Source of the DNA: Desulfobacteraceae bacterium
GTDB taxonomy: Bacteria; Desulfobacterota; Desulfobacteria; Desulfobacterales; JAJDOA01
Assembly (NCBI GenBank): GCA_022340405.1
Contig: JAJDOA010000106.1
Span: 1 to 39,633 of the forward strand
Reading direction: 5' to 3'
Length of the DNA stretch: 39,633 nt
Shown: positions 21,845-30,477 of the stretch, in pieces
How the letters are laid out: each line of letters opens with the position of its first letter
Position numbering within the stretch: the first letter of the stretch is position 1
The notes under the pieces: generated by a model
The model's input: only the letters and a program-made list of their open reading frames with translations
What the model was told of the DNA's origin: nothing
The model's database searches: none
Made by a program: the position numbers and the translations under genes

Positions 21845-22294
21845 GGTTTTTTGTCCTTCGTCGGGAAATTGTTCGGTTGTGCCGTGGGGCCGGATATGGT
21901 AAAGGGGCAAAGCTTTGGAATTCGATCTGAAGTATGGAACTAACTCTATGAAATTGCAGTATTAAAGAGGAAAATAGTAAAAACGGTCGCATGCGTTTTC
22001 CGCCGGAGATGGCGGCGGCGGGCCACCGGGGCACCTTGAGGGGGAGACGGTACACGATCTTGCCGGCTGGCCATAAATGACTTAATAACTATGACTTACT
22101 CGACTTCCCGGCTCACAGTTGTCTCGTGCAAGCCTTGCGATGAGGAGGAGAGCCCCTTTCCCTGGCCAGCCTGTAGGGTAATAACCAATGGATACAATTA
22201 GAAAAAAACTTTCCCGTAAGTGGGATTATCGGATGCGTCGACGAGGAGTCGAAATCCATTTCGAGGGCGGAATGCCCGAAAAAGGAAGGATGTC

Positions 22295-23710
22295 ATGGAA
22301 AAGGTAAGGACTCGATTCGCCCCCAGCCCGACCGGGTATCTCCACGTCGGCGGGGCGCGTACGGCACTGTTCAACTGGCTGTGGGCCCGACATACTGGAG
22401 GGGTGTTCATCCTGCGCATCGAGGACACGGACGTCGCCCGCTCCACGCAGGAGTCGACCGATGCCATATTCGAGGCCATGGAATGGCTGGGAATCGACTG
22501 GGACGAAGGGCCGTTTTATCAGAGTCGGCGGGGCAATCTGTATCGCGAGGCCATGGATCGGCTGCTGGCCGCCGGGAAGGCCTATGCCTGCGACTGCAGC
22601 GCGGAGGCCCTGGAAAAGATGCGTGAGCGGGGGATGGCCCTGGACGGTAGGCCACGCTACGATGGAACATGCCGGGAAAAGGGCTTGGAATGGACCGAGG
22701 GAACGGTGCTGCGCTTCAAGGTGCCCAGGATCGGCGTAACCGTATTGCCCGACCAGGTCAAAGGCGACATCGCCTTCCAGAACGCCGACCTGGACGATTT
22801 CATCATCGCCCGCAGCGACCGCTCGCCCACCTACAACTTCACGGTGGTGGTGGACGACATCGACATGGGCGTGAACACCATCATCCGCGGCGACGACCAC
22901 GTGATGAACACTCCCAAGCAGATGCTGCTGTACCAAGCGCTGGAAAGCCCGCTGCCTGCATTCGGGCATGTGCCCATGGTGCTGGGCCCCGACCGCACGC
23001 GCCTGAGCAAGCGTCATGGCGCCACTTCGGTGACGGCCTTTCGGGACATGGGTTACCTGCCCGAGGCCATGATCAACTATCTGGCCCGGCTGGGCTGGTC
23101 CCACGGAGACCAGGAGTTTTTCACCCGCGACGAGCTCATTGAAAAATTCACGGTGGAGCGCATCGGAAAGTCGGCCGGCATTTTCGACATGGAAAAGCTT
23201 ACCTCGCTGAACGCAGACCACATCATGGCCACGCCGGTTGAGGATCTCGGCGCGCGGGTGGAGCCGTTTTTGACAGGGCTCGGCTTCGATGCCTCCGACA
23301 CGGACTATCGCCTCCGGGTGGTGGAGACCCTCGTGCCCCGCAGCAAGACCTTGGTGGACATGGCCGCACAGGCGGCGTTCTACTACGAGGAAGATGTCGT
23401 GTTCGAAGAACAGGCCGCCAAAAAGTTCCTCCGCCCGGTTGCGCTGGAGCCGGCCCGCCTTCTTCTTTCCAAGCTGGAGGCCCTTCAGGACTGGAAGGAA
23501 AGGGCGCTGGAGGGGGTATTTCAGGCGGTGATGGATGAAACCGGCCTCAAACTCGGCAAAATTGCCCAGCCGGTCCGCGTCGCCCTCACCGGTCGCTCGG
23601 CCAGTCCCGGCATCTTCGAGATCATCGATATACTGGGAAGGGAGAAGACGGTTCTGCGCCTGAAAAAAGCGTTGGCCTTCATCGAGGCACGGGCTGCCAA
23701 GGCCGATTAG
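22295..23710 (+). CDS. gltX: Glutamate--tRNA ligase
   Basis: ORF 22220..23710 trimmed to ATG 22295, which has AAGGAAGGA upstream. HIGH region PSPTGYLHVGGARTALFN and KMSKS-like RLSKRHG. 471 aa. Confidence 0.95.
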   Translation: MEKVRTRFAPSPTGYLHVGGARTALFNWLWARHTGGVFILRIEDTDVARSTQESTDAIFEAMEWLGIDWDEGPFYQSRRGNLYREAMDRLLAAGKAYACDCSAEALEKMRERGMALDGRPRYDGTCREKGLEWTEGTVLRFKVPRIGVTVLPDQVKGDIAFQNADLDDFIIARSDRSPTYNFTVVVDDIDMGVNTIIRGDDHVMNTPKQMLLYQALESPLPAFGHVPMVLGPDRTRLSKRHGATSVTAFRDMGYLPEAMINYLARLGWSHGDQEFFTRDELIEKFTVERIGKSAGIFDMEKLTSLNADHIMATPVEDLGARVEPFLTGLGFDASDTDYRLRVVETLVPRSKTLVDMAAQAAFYYEEDVVFEEQAAKKFLRPVALEPARLLLSKLEALQDWKERALEGVFQAVMDETGLKLGKIAQPVRVALTGRSASPGIFEIIDILGREKTVLRLKKALAFIEARAAKAD

Positions 23711-23772
23711 AAGTGGTTTCAAATGCCCTGAAACGGGATTCGGGAGCCTGTGAGGCGCAATTTCGAAAACGC

Positions 23773-23801
23773 TTGACTTGAAGCCCGCGGCACGCTAAAA
23801 A
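23773..23801 (+). promoter_or_regulatory. Candidate promoter for tRNA-Gln (TTGACT-17 nt-TAAAAA)
   Basis: TTGACT at 23773-23778 and TAAAAA at 23796-23801, 17 nt before the tRNA 5' end. The -10 hexamer is weak. Confidence 0.3.
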
Positions 23802-23817
23802 GTGGGTTCGAATTTTT

Positions 23818-23891
23818 TGAGGGATCGTCTAGTGGCAGGACGACGGGTTCTGGCCCCGTTAACCAAGGTTCGAATCCTTGTCCCTCAGCCA
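23818..23891 (+). tRNA. tRNA-Gln, anticodon CUG
   Basis: Cloverleaf folded by hand. Acceptor stem TGAGGGA pairs with TCCCTCA. D arm is GTCT-AGTGGCA-GGAC. Anticodon arm is ACGGG-TTCTGGC-CCCGT, placing CTG at positions 34-36. T arm is CAAGG-TTCGAAT-CCTTG. Discriminator is G and CCA is encoded. U1-A72 and G73 match the E. coli tRNA-Gln identity set. Confidence 0.9.
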
Positions 23892-23900
23892 AACAGCAAA

Positions 23901-23934
23901 GGGCCTGCGGCCGACAGGGACGCAGGCCCTTTTT
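23901..23934 (+). terminator. Rho-independent terminator after tRNA-Gln
   Basis: GGGCCTGCG (23901-23909) pairs with CGCAGGCCC (23921-23929) and is followed by TTTTT (23930-23934). Confidence 0.75.
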
Positions 23935-24086
23935 GCATTCGGCGATGGGCCGCCTCGGCAAATGCAGGCATGGGGCCGATCCCCTCCCAGAAGCGCCTTC
24001 CCTTTCTCCATTGACCCGGAACCCACCATCCGAAGCACGAAAAACCGGGCATCTGCCGAATCTCCATATATCGGATCTGATATAGT

Positions 24087-24563
24087 TCACTCTTGACAGA
24101 TGAGAGGCGGCCCTTTAGGAAGATAAAAAGATTGCTTGTCCTCCAAACAATTGAAGACTCCCCGCAGCAAGCGACGGGGAATGTTCTGCTTGGCGGCAGT
24201 GCTGCGCAGCCCGGTAAGGAATTCTGCTACTTTGGATTCGCTCGCTACTGCCGGTTCAGTGTTCGACGCGATGTTTGCAACCCGGACTCCCCGATCGGCC
24301 GGGATAAATTCAGTTTCATCCATCTCTTTTCGTTTCTGCGTCAAAGGGTTCGGCGCACATACGGGATGATTTTCGCGCTGTTCCGCATCGTTTGTAGAGC
24401 ATTTTCCACAAGGATGTGCCGGTGGGAATGGTTTTTGCGTTCCTTTCACATGGGCGGATGGATTCCCGCACCCACGTTGCGCAGGGGGGATCCCTTCTCC
24501 TGCACTTCGTCGGATAGCCATGGTGGAAACGGGGCCGAATTCGGGCCCTAAATTATAGTGCAT
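24087..24563 (-). CDS. Hypothetical ORF, doubtful, with no recognisable family
   Basis: 158-aa ORF in a visibly lower-GC stretch. No RBS before ATG 24563. Internal Met MDETEF.. has only a weak AAGAG upstream. No motif recognised. Confidence 0.25.
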   Translation of the reverse strand: MHYNLGPEFGPVSTMAIRRSAGEGIPPAQRGCGNPSAHVKGTQKPFPPAHPCGKCSTNDAEQRENHPVCAPNPLTQKRKEMDETEFIPADRGVRVANIASNTEPAVASESKVAEFLTGLRSTAAKQNIPRRLLRGVFNCLEDKQSFYLPKGPPLICQE

Positions 24564-24585
24564 GAATGCACAGATTTTTGTGCAT
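24558..24585. promoter_or_regulatory. Operator-like palindrome GTGCAT-GA-ATGCAC plus a third GTGCAT half-site
   Basis: GTGCAT at 24558-24563, ATGCAC at 24566-24571 and GTGCAT at 24580-24585. The site sits between the doubtful minus ORF and the kinase gene, just upstream of the kinase RBS AAGGAG (24591-24596). Confidence 0.3.
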
Positions 24586-24604
24586 TTTTCAAGGAGCCTT
24601 TACG

Positions 24605-26659
24605 GTGGAAGAAAAAGGAAACGCTGAACTTTTAAACACATTGATGTTTCCATTGAGCAACAGGACGCAGGGCACCGGTGATGAAGGTGGCCTGTATCCT
24701 CTTGCGGAAACGTTCTCCGATCTCATCGATGTCATGGACATCGCGATGTGGCAGCTCGACAGGGATTACCGTGTCGTCGGCTATAACAAGAAGGCCAAAG
24801 AGATTTACGGTCCGGACGCGTTGGGAGAGTTCTGCTACCGGGCGGCGGCGAAGCGCGACACCCGATGCAACAACTGTCCTGCAAAGATGGTCTACGACGG
24901 TCGTCCAAGTGGCCGGTCCGAGCACAGACGGATCGACAGCTCGGGCAAGGAGATATTCATCGACCATATCGCAACGCCCATAAGGGATGCTGCCGGCAAC
25001 ATCACCGGCTCGCTCGTTTTGATTATCGATATCACCCGATACAAATTGCAGGAAAGGGAACTGCGGGAACACCGCGACCATTTGGAGGAGAGGGTGATTA
25101 CCCGCACCCAGGAACTCCAGGAGAGTCAAGAGAATTACCGCAGGCTTTATGAGAAGACCAGTCGGTCCGAAAAACTCTACCGGACGCTGTTCAACGCCTC
25201 GGCCGATGCCATTGTGATCTATAACCTGAAAGGGGAAGTGCAGTTCTTGAGCCCCAGTTTTACTGAAATTTTCGGGTGGCGGATGGATGAACTGAAGGGA
25301 AAACCCATTCCTTTCATTCCCGAATCGGAAAAAGAGTCGAGCCTTGTCGAGATCCACAGGCTGATCGATACCGGAAAACCATCGCGCAATTTTCCCACCA
25401 AAAGATTCACCAAGGATGGACGCAGACTGGACATCTACATCAGTGCATCCCGGTACGATGACAACGACGGTAACCCGATGGGCATTTTGGTGATCCTAAA
25501 AGATGTCACGGAAGTCAAATCGATGGAAAGGAGGCTGCAGCAGGTGCAAAGGATAGAAGCCTTGTCCACGCTTGCCGGCGGGATCGCTCATGATTTCAAT
25601 AATTTGCTCATGGCCATTCAAGGGCGCACATCCCTCATGTCCGTTGAGCTCAGGGCAACACATCCCCATATGGAACACATCGGTGCCATCGAAGGGTATA
25701 TCCAAAGTGCGACCCAACTGACCAAACAACTGCTGGGGCTTTCCCGTGAAGGAAAATATGAAGTTCAGGCTGTGGAGATCAATGAACTGCTCCTGAGAAG
25801 TCTGGATATGTTTGGTCGGACCCGAAAAGAAATTTCCATCAGCACCCAGCTGCATCAACCGTCACCCGTGGTTGGCGTGGACCGCGGTCAGATCGAACAG
25901 GTGCTGCTGAACATGTACGTCAATGCCTGGCAGGCCATGCCTGACGGAGGGAGCCTGCAGTTGACCACACAAACCGAATCCCTGGACGATGCCCGATGCA
26001 AACCGTACGGGATCCCGTCCGGGGACTATGCCAAGGTTTCCGTCACCGACACAGGGACAGGCATCCCCGAGGCCAACCTGCAACGGATCTTCGACCCCTT
26101 CTTTACGACCAAGGAAAAGGAGCGGGGTACGGGATTGGGGTTGGCTTCGGCTTATGGCATTATCAAAAACCACGGTGGAATCATCACCGTTTCCAGCGAG
26201 ATCGGCCGTGGAACCACATTCCAGATCTACCTTCCGTTGACGGAGGATCCCGCGCAAAAGCAGTCTCCCACCGGGACGACCATCGTCAGGGGATCGGAGA
26301 CGGTACTGCTGGTGGACGACGAGCAGATGATCATCGAGGTCGGCAGGGCGCTTCTGGAGAAGTTGGGATATCAGGTGGTGACTGCCCAAAGCGGCCAGGA
26401 GGCCGTCGACATCGTCAAGAGGCGAGGAGAAGCAATCGACTTGATCATCCTGGATCTGATCATGCCGGGAATCAAAGGGGGAGAAGCCTTCGAACGCATA
26501 CGAAAGATTCGACCCCGCATTCCTGTCATCCTGTCCAGCGGTTATGCCCTCAATGGTCAGGCCACCGAGGTCCTGAACAGAGGATGCAACGGTTTCATTC
26601 AGAAACCATTCACGATTTCTGATCTTTCCAATAAAATCAGAAAGGTGTTGTTGCCGTAG
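24605..26659 (+). CDS. Cytoplasmic PAS-PAS hybrid sensor histidine kinase (HisKA, HATPase_c and a C-terminal receiver)
   Basis: ORF 24566..26659. GTG 24605 is preferred because AAGGAG lies 8 nt upstream. H-box GGIAHDFNNLLMAI. ATPase N and G boxes (NMYVNAWQAM, DTGTGI, GTGLGLA). Receiver VLLVDDE..LIILDLIMPG..ILSSGY. No transmembrane segment seen. Confidence 0.9.
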   Translation: MEEKGNAELLNTLMFPLSNRTQGTGDEGGLYPLAETFSDLIDVMDIAMWQLDRDYRVVGYNKKAKEIYGPDALGEFCYRAAAKRDTRCNNCPAKMVYDGRPSGRSEHRRIDSSGKEIFIDHIATPIRDAAGNITGSLVLIIDITRYKLQERELREHRDHLEERVITRTQELQESQENYRRLYEKTSRSEKLYRTLFNASADAIVIYNLKGEVQFLSPSFTEIFGWRMDELKGKPIPFIPESEKESSLVEIHRLIDTGKPSRNFPTKRFTKDGRRLDIYISASRYDDNDGNPMGILVILKDVTEVKSMERRLQQVQRIEALSTLAGGIAHDFNNLLMAIQGRTSLMSVELRATHPHMEHIGAIEGYIQSATQLTKQLLGLSREGKYEVQAVEINELLLRSLDMFGRTRKEISISTQLHQPSPVVGVDRGQIEQVLLNMYVNAWQAMPDGGSLQLTTQTESLDDARCKPYGIPSGDYAKVSVTDTGTGIPEANLQRIFDPFFTTKEKERGTGLGLASAYGIIKNHGGIITVSSEIGRGTTFQIYLPLTEDPAQKQSPTGTTIVRGSETVLLVDDEQMIIEVGRALLEKLGYQVVTAQSGQEAVDIVKRRGEAIDLIILDLIMPGIKGGEAFERIRKIRPRIPVILSSGYALNGQATEVLNRGCNGFIQKPFTISDLSNKIRKVLLP

Positions 26660-26807
26660 ACTTCATGCCGAGACTGGCGAAACCCGACCCCACAGAGCAT
26701 CTGGAAGCCTCGGCGACAGTGAACCGACGCTGTGGCCGTCCCATACCGATGCAATGGCGCGGGAAATCGGCCGCAGTCCATGGCACAAGCTTTTCCATCG
26801 AGTGCGG

Positions 26808-27266
26808 ATGAAAGGTACAAACGAAGTCAAAGTGGGTGTGGGCGTCTTTATTGTCCGTGAGGGGTCCGTCCTCTTGGGGAAGCGTCATGGTTCCCACGGT
26901 GCCCATACATGGGCGTTGCCCGGGGGTCATCTGCAGTTTGGCGAGTCCATCCAGAGGTGCGCACAGCGGGAAGTGCTGGAGGAAACCGGGATCGTCGTGG
27001 ACAGTGTCAGAAACGTCGCTTTCACCAACGATGTCTTTACCGATGAGCACCTGCACTACGTTACCCTGTTCGTGATGGCCGAGAAATGGAGCGGGCAGCC
27101 GGCCGTCCTGGAGCCGGCCAAATGCATGGGCTGGTCGTGGTTCGATTGGGCGGATTTGCCGACGCGTCTTTTCCTTCCTCTTCGAAACCTGATCAAGCAA
27201 GGCTTTGTTCTTTCCAAATCGCTTTGCGTTGGGGAACCCAAACCCGAATTTCGAGATGGCTCCTAG
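26808..27266 (+). CDS. Nudix hydrolase
   Basis: ORF 26754..27266 trimmed to ATG 26808. Nudix box GGHLQFGESIQRCAQREVLEETGI. Confidence 0.85.
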   Translation: MKGTNEVKVGVGVFIVREGSVLLGKRHGSHGAHTWALPGGHLQFGESIQRCAQREVLEETGIVVDSVRNVAFTNDVFTDEHLHYVTLFVMAEKWSGQPAVLEPAKCMGWSWFDWADLPTRLFLPLRNLIKQGFVLSKSLCVGEPKPEFRDGS

Positions 27267-27343
27267 TGTTCTGTCCCACAAGTTACGGGCATAAGGATAG
27301 GGTCTCGTGTTGCGTCAAGCCAAAGGCGTTGATCAACAAAGCA

Positions 27344-27397
27344 CGAAATTCGAATATCGAAATTCGAAACAATATCGAATGACCGAAATTCGAATAT
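27344..27397. repeat. Cluster of ATTCGAAT-type palindromes: two exact CGAAATTCGAATAT units 40 bp apart, plus variants
   Basis: CGAAATTCGAATAT at 27344-27357 and 27384-27397. Variant CGAAATTCGAAAC starts at 27358, and TATCGAAT lies at 27373-27380. The stretch is AT-rich inside a GC-rich window. Confidence 0.7.
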
Positions 27398-27482
27398 TCC
27401 AGACCAGGGAATTCACCGATTTGATTATGTTCATCTATGGTGGTTGTCAGAAATCCGTTCCGTTTCCCTGATGGCCCTTTTA

Positions 27483-27555
27483 TCGAAATCGGGATCGAAA
27501 TCGCTATCGAGCATTGCCGTTGAACAACCGGTTTCGATCCCGATCCCGATTTCGA
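27483..27555. repeat. 15-bp perfect inverted repeat with a 43-nt spacer. The left arm lies within 2.5 tandem copies of a 12-bp ATCGAAATCGnn unit
   Basis: TCGAAATCGGGATCG at 27483-27497 and its exact reverse complement CGATCCCGATTTCGA at 27541-27555. Tandem ATCGAAATCGGG / ATCGAAATCGCT / ATCGAG at 27482-27511. Confidence 0.7.
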
Positions 27556-27608
27556 GCGCTTGCCAATCGGAATATATTTTTGACAATTGCTCTAACGGGG
27601 GAAAACGG

Positions 27609-28055
27609 ATGCGATATGCTCACACCAACATTGCTGCCAGAAATTGGAAGGTCCTGTCTGATTTTTATGTACGGGTATTTGCGTGCAGGGTGGACCCGCC
27701 CGAGCGAAAGCTTTCAGGACCCTGGCTGGATCGCGCCACGGGACTGAAAAATGCCAAACTGGAGGGTGTACACCTGCTGCTGCCCGGTCATGGTGATAGC
27801 GGGCCCACGATTGAAATTTTCACCTACGCGCAGATGCACGAAAGCGAACCCGTAATGGCAAACCATCGTGGGTTTACGCATATTGCCTTCGAGGTGGACG
27901 ATGTCGACCGGACCTTGGAAAAGGTGTTGAACAACGGCGGACAATCACTGGGTGCCGTATCTGAAAAAACGGTTGAAGGCGTCGGTGATTTGAAAGTCGT
28001 TTATTGCAGGGACCCCGAAGGAAATATCGTGGAGCTTCAGTCCTGGAAGAAATGA
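27609..28055 (+). CDS. VOC (glyoxalase/bleomycin-resistance/dioxygenase) family protein
   Basis: ORF 27444..28055 trimmed to ATG 27609, which has GGGGGA upstream. MRYAHTNIAARNW.. and FTHIAFEVDDVD fit the VOC fold. The discarded N-terminal 55 codons are the repeat region. Confidence 0.8.
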   Translation: MRYAHTNIAARNWKVLSDFYVRVFACRVDPPERKLSGPWLDRATGLKNAKLEGVHLLLPGHGDSGPTIEIFTYAQMHESEPVMANHRGFTHIAFEVDDVDRTLEKVLNNGGQSLGAVSEKTVEGVGDLKVVYCRDPEGNIVELQSWKK

Positions 28056-29050
28056 GATCGCCTGCAGAATCGTTCCCCAAAAAATCGGAGAAAATTCTCG
28101 TGAGAAACGAAACAATTGAAAGAGCCGCCGATGTTTTCGAAGCGATTGCCGCCAACATCGAAAGCGTGATCCGAGGGCAGAGCGCGGCCGTGCGCAAACT
28201 GCTGGCCGGATTTGCCGCCGGAGGCCATGTTTTGCTGGAGGACAGTCCCGGGACCGGGAAGACGACGCTGTCCAAGGCCCTGGCGAAATCCATCGGCGCC
28301 CATTTCAAGCGGATTCAGTTTACGCCCGACCTGCTGCCCACCGACATTATCGGCGTGTCTATTTTCGACCAGAGCGACGGCAGGTTTCATTTTCACAAAG
28401 GGCCCGTGTTCACGAACATTCTCCTGGCGGACGAAATCAATCGGGCGTCTCCCCGCACGCAGTCGGCGCTACTGGAGGCGATGGCCGAAGGGCAGGTCAG
28501 CGCCGACGGAAAGCTGTATTCCCTGGACAGCGTGTTCTTTGTACTGGCCACCCAGAATCCCATCGAGAGCGCCGGAACCTATCCGTTGCCGGAAGCACAG
28601 ATGGATCGGTTCGCCATGAAATTCTCCCTCGGATACGTTCCGCTGGAGGACGAGATGAAGATCATGACGGATCAACGCTCTTCGCATCCGTTGCAACACC
28701 TGCAGACCTGCGCCAGCCTCGAGGACGCCCAAACGCTGCAAACGGCTGTACAGGCCGTCGAAATCAGTGACGATGTCAAACGATACATTCTGAAACTGGT
28801 CCGCGGGACAAGGGAGTCGTCGAATGTCGCTATAGGTGCCAGTCCAAGAGCCTCTCTTGCGCTGATGCATATTGCCCGTGCGATCGCCCTTTTCAGCGGC
28901 CGTGATTTTGTCATCCCCGAAGACGTCCGGGAGATCGCGCCGGATGTGCTGTCCCATCGGCTGGTGGTCGACGCCCAGGCGCGCTTTTCGGGTGTGACGG
29001 CCGACGGTGTCGTAGAGGACCTGCTCAAGAGCGTTCCGGCTCCCGGCTAG
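28052..29050 (+). CDS. MoxR-family AAA+ ATPase
   Basis: ORF trimmed to ATG 28052, which overlaps the VOC stop (ATGA). Walker A LEDSPGTGKTTL. Also ILLADEINRASPRTQSALLEAM and FVLATQNP. Confidence 0.9.
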   Translation: MRSPAESFPKKSEKILVRNETIERAADVFEAIAANIESVIRGQSAAVRKLLAGFAAGGHVLLEDSPGTGKTTLSKALAKSIGAHFKRIQFTPDLLPTDIIGVSIFDQSDGRFHFHKGPVFTNILLADEINRASPRTQSALLEAMAEGQVSADGKLYSLDSVFFVLATQNPIESAGTYPLPEAQMDRFAMKFSLGYVPLEDEMKIMTDQRSSHPLQHLQTCASLEDAQTLQTAVQAVEISDDVKRYILKLVRGTRESSNVAIGASPRASLALMHIARAIALFSGRDFVIPEDVREIAPDVLSHRLVVDAQARFSGVTADGVVEDLLKSVPAPG

Positions 29051-29136
29051 AAGCTATGGAAACCAATGGACGGTTTTACACCAAGGGCTTGCACCCGATA
29101 GAATGAAATGACTTCACAGCTGGAGGCAAGGGCCGG

Positions 29137-30477
29137 ATGAATCGATTCGGTTTGCGCATCCTACGCGCGGCATTCTCATGGAAACAGTGGTTTCTCTTCC
29201 GACTGACACGGGCCGGGCAGCTCGTGGCCGCAGGGATTGCAGTAAGCGCGGTCTTCGGTCTGAATACCCACGCAAACCTTGCCCACCAGATTTTCTGTTT
29301 TCTGGTACTACTGGCGGCGTTTTCCGTCTTCGCGGGGCGGCGGGGAGACATCCGCCTGTCGCTGCTGCGCCGTTTGCCCCGCCACGCAACGGTCGGACAG
29401 CCCTTCTCCTACCGGCTGTGGATCTCCAATCATCGCACAAAGCCTTTGACCGATTTGGTGTTTCGGGAAGTCATCGATACCGAAAGATTTTTGCCCGGAG
29501 ACGGCACGCCGCCCGCATCCGAGGGCTCACGCCGTTCCTGGAGGGATCGGCTCTCATGGCTGGCGTACTGGCGGAAGCGAAGCCGATACCTTCCCCTCCC
29601 GCCGCAGGGGCAGGCCGCCGTAGGGCAACTGGGGGCAAACGCACGGCAGGACGTCACCATCACCATCGAACCGAGGATGCGCGGGCGCATCGACTTTACG
29701 GGGATCGCCGTCCACCGGTCCGATCCCCTGGGATTGTTTCGGTCCGAAACCCGATTCGATCAGGCCGGCTCGGTCGTCGTTCTCCCGAAACGCTATCGCC
29801 TTCCCCAGGTGGTTTTGCCCGGAAGGCGGCACTTTCAGCCTGGCGGTGTCGCCCTGGCGTCCTCCGTCGGTGACTCGGAGGAGTTCGTCTCCCTCCGGGA
29901 CTACCGCCCGGGGGATCCGTTGCGCCGCATTCACTGGAAAAGCTGGGCCAAAACCGGCAAGCCGGTCGTCAAGGAATACCAGGAAGAATTTTTCGTCCGC
30001 CATGCTCTCGTTTTGGACACCTTTCATTCCGGACCGGATGACCGTATCTTCGAGGAAGCCGTTTCCCTGGCGGCTTCCTTCGTATCCGCCGCCCAGAGCG
30101 AAACCTTGCTGGATCTGATGTTCGTCGGTCCGGAGGCCTATTGCTTCACCTGCGGCCGGGGACTGACGCACACGGACAAAATGCTGGAAATCCTGTCCGG
30201 TGTGACCGCGTGCAGCGACCGCTCTTTCGAAGACCTGCTCCCCCTCGTGTTGCAGCGGGCTATGCAGCTGAGCGCCTGTATCTGCGTTCTCCTGGCCTGG
30301 GATGAGCACCGCCGACGCCTCGTCGGAATGCTGCGCCAATTGAATGTGCCTGTGGAGGTGTTCGTTTTGACTGCGGATGGAAAATCGGACCCGGAACCCG
30401 GTCCCATGCAGGACCGTCCGCACCGGTTTCACGCACTGGCATCCGGCCGCGTGCAGGAGGAATTGGACCGACTGTGA
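29137..30477 (+). CDS. DUF58 domain protein (VWA-like partner of MoxR)
   Basis: 446 aa with two N-terminal hydrophobic segments. DUF58 signature EEFVSLRDYRPGDPLRRIHWKSWAKTGKPVVKEYQEE. Confidence 0.85.
   Translation: MNRFGLRILRAAFSWKQWFLFRLTRAGQLVAAGIAVSAVFGLNTHANLAHQIFCFLVLLAAFSVFAGRRGDIRLSLLRRLPRHATVGQPFSYRLWISNHRTKPLTDLVFREVIDTERFLPGDGTPPASEGSRRSWRDRLSWLAYWRKRSRYLPLPPQGQAAVGQLGANARQDVTITIEPRMRGRIDFTGIAVHRSDPLGLFRSETRFDQAGSVVVLPKRYRLPQVVLPGRRHFQPGGVALASSVGDSEEFVSLRDYRPGDPLRRIHWKSWAKTGKPVVKEYQEEFFVRHALVLDTFHSGPDDRIFEEAVSLAASFVSAAQSETLLDLMFVGPEAYCFTCGRGLTHTDKMLEILSGVTACSDRSFEDLLPLVLQRAMQLSACICVLLAWDEHRRRLVGMLRQLNVPVEVFVLTADGKSDPEPGPMQDRPHRFHALASGRVQEELDRL

Noticed and set aside
27344-27555. 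CRISPR array
   Set aside because: The repeat units are only 12-14 bp, partly palindromic and irregularly spaced. There are no uniform spacers and no cas genes.
27580-27585. TTGACA hexamer as the promoter of the VOC gene
   Set aside because: It lies only 24 nt from ATG 27609, and no acceptable -10 hexamer sits at 16-18 nt spacing.
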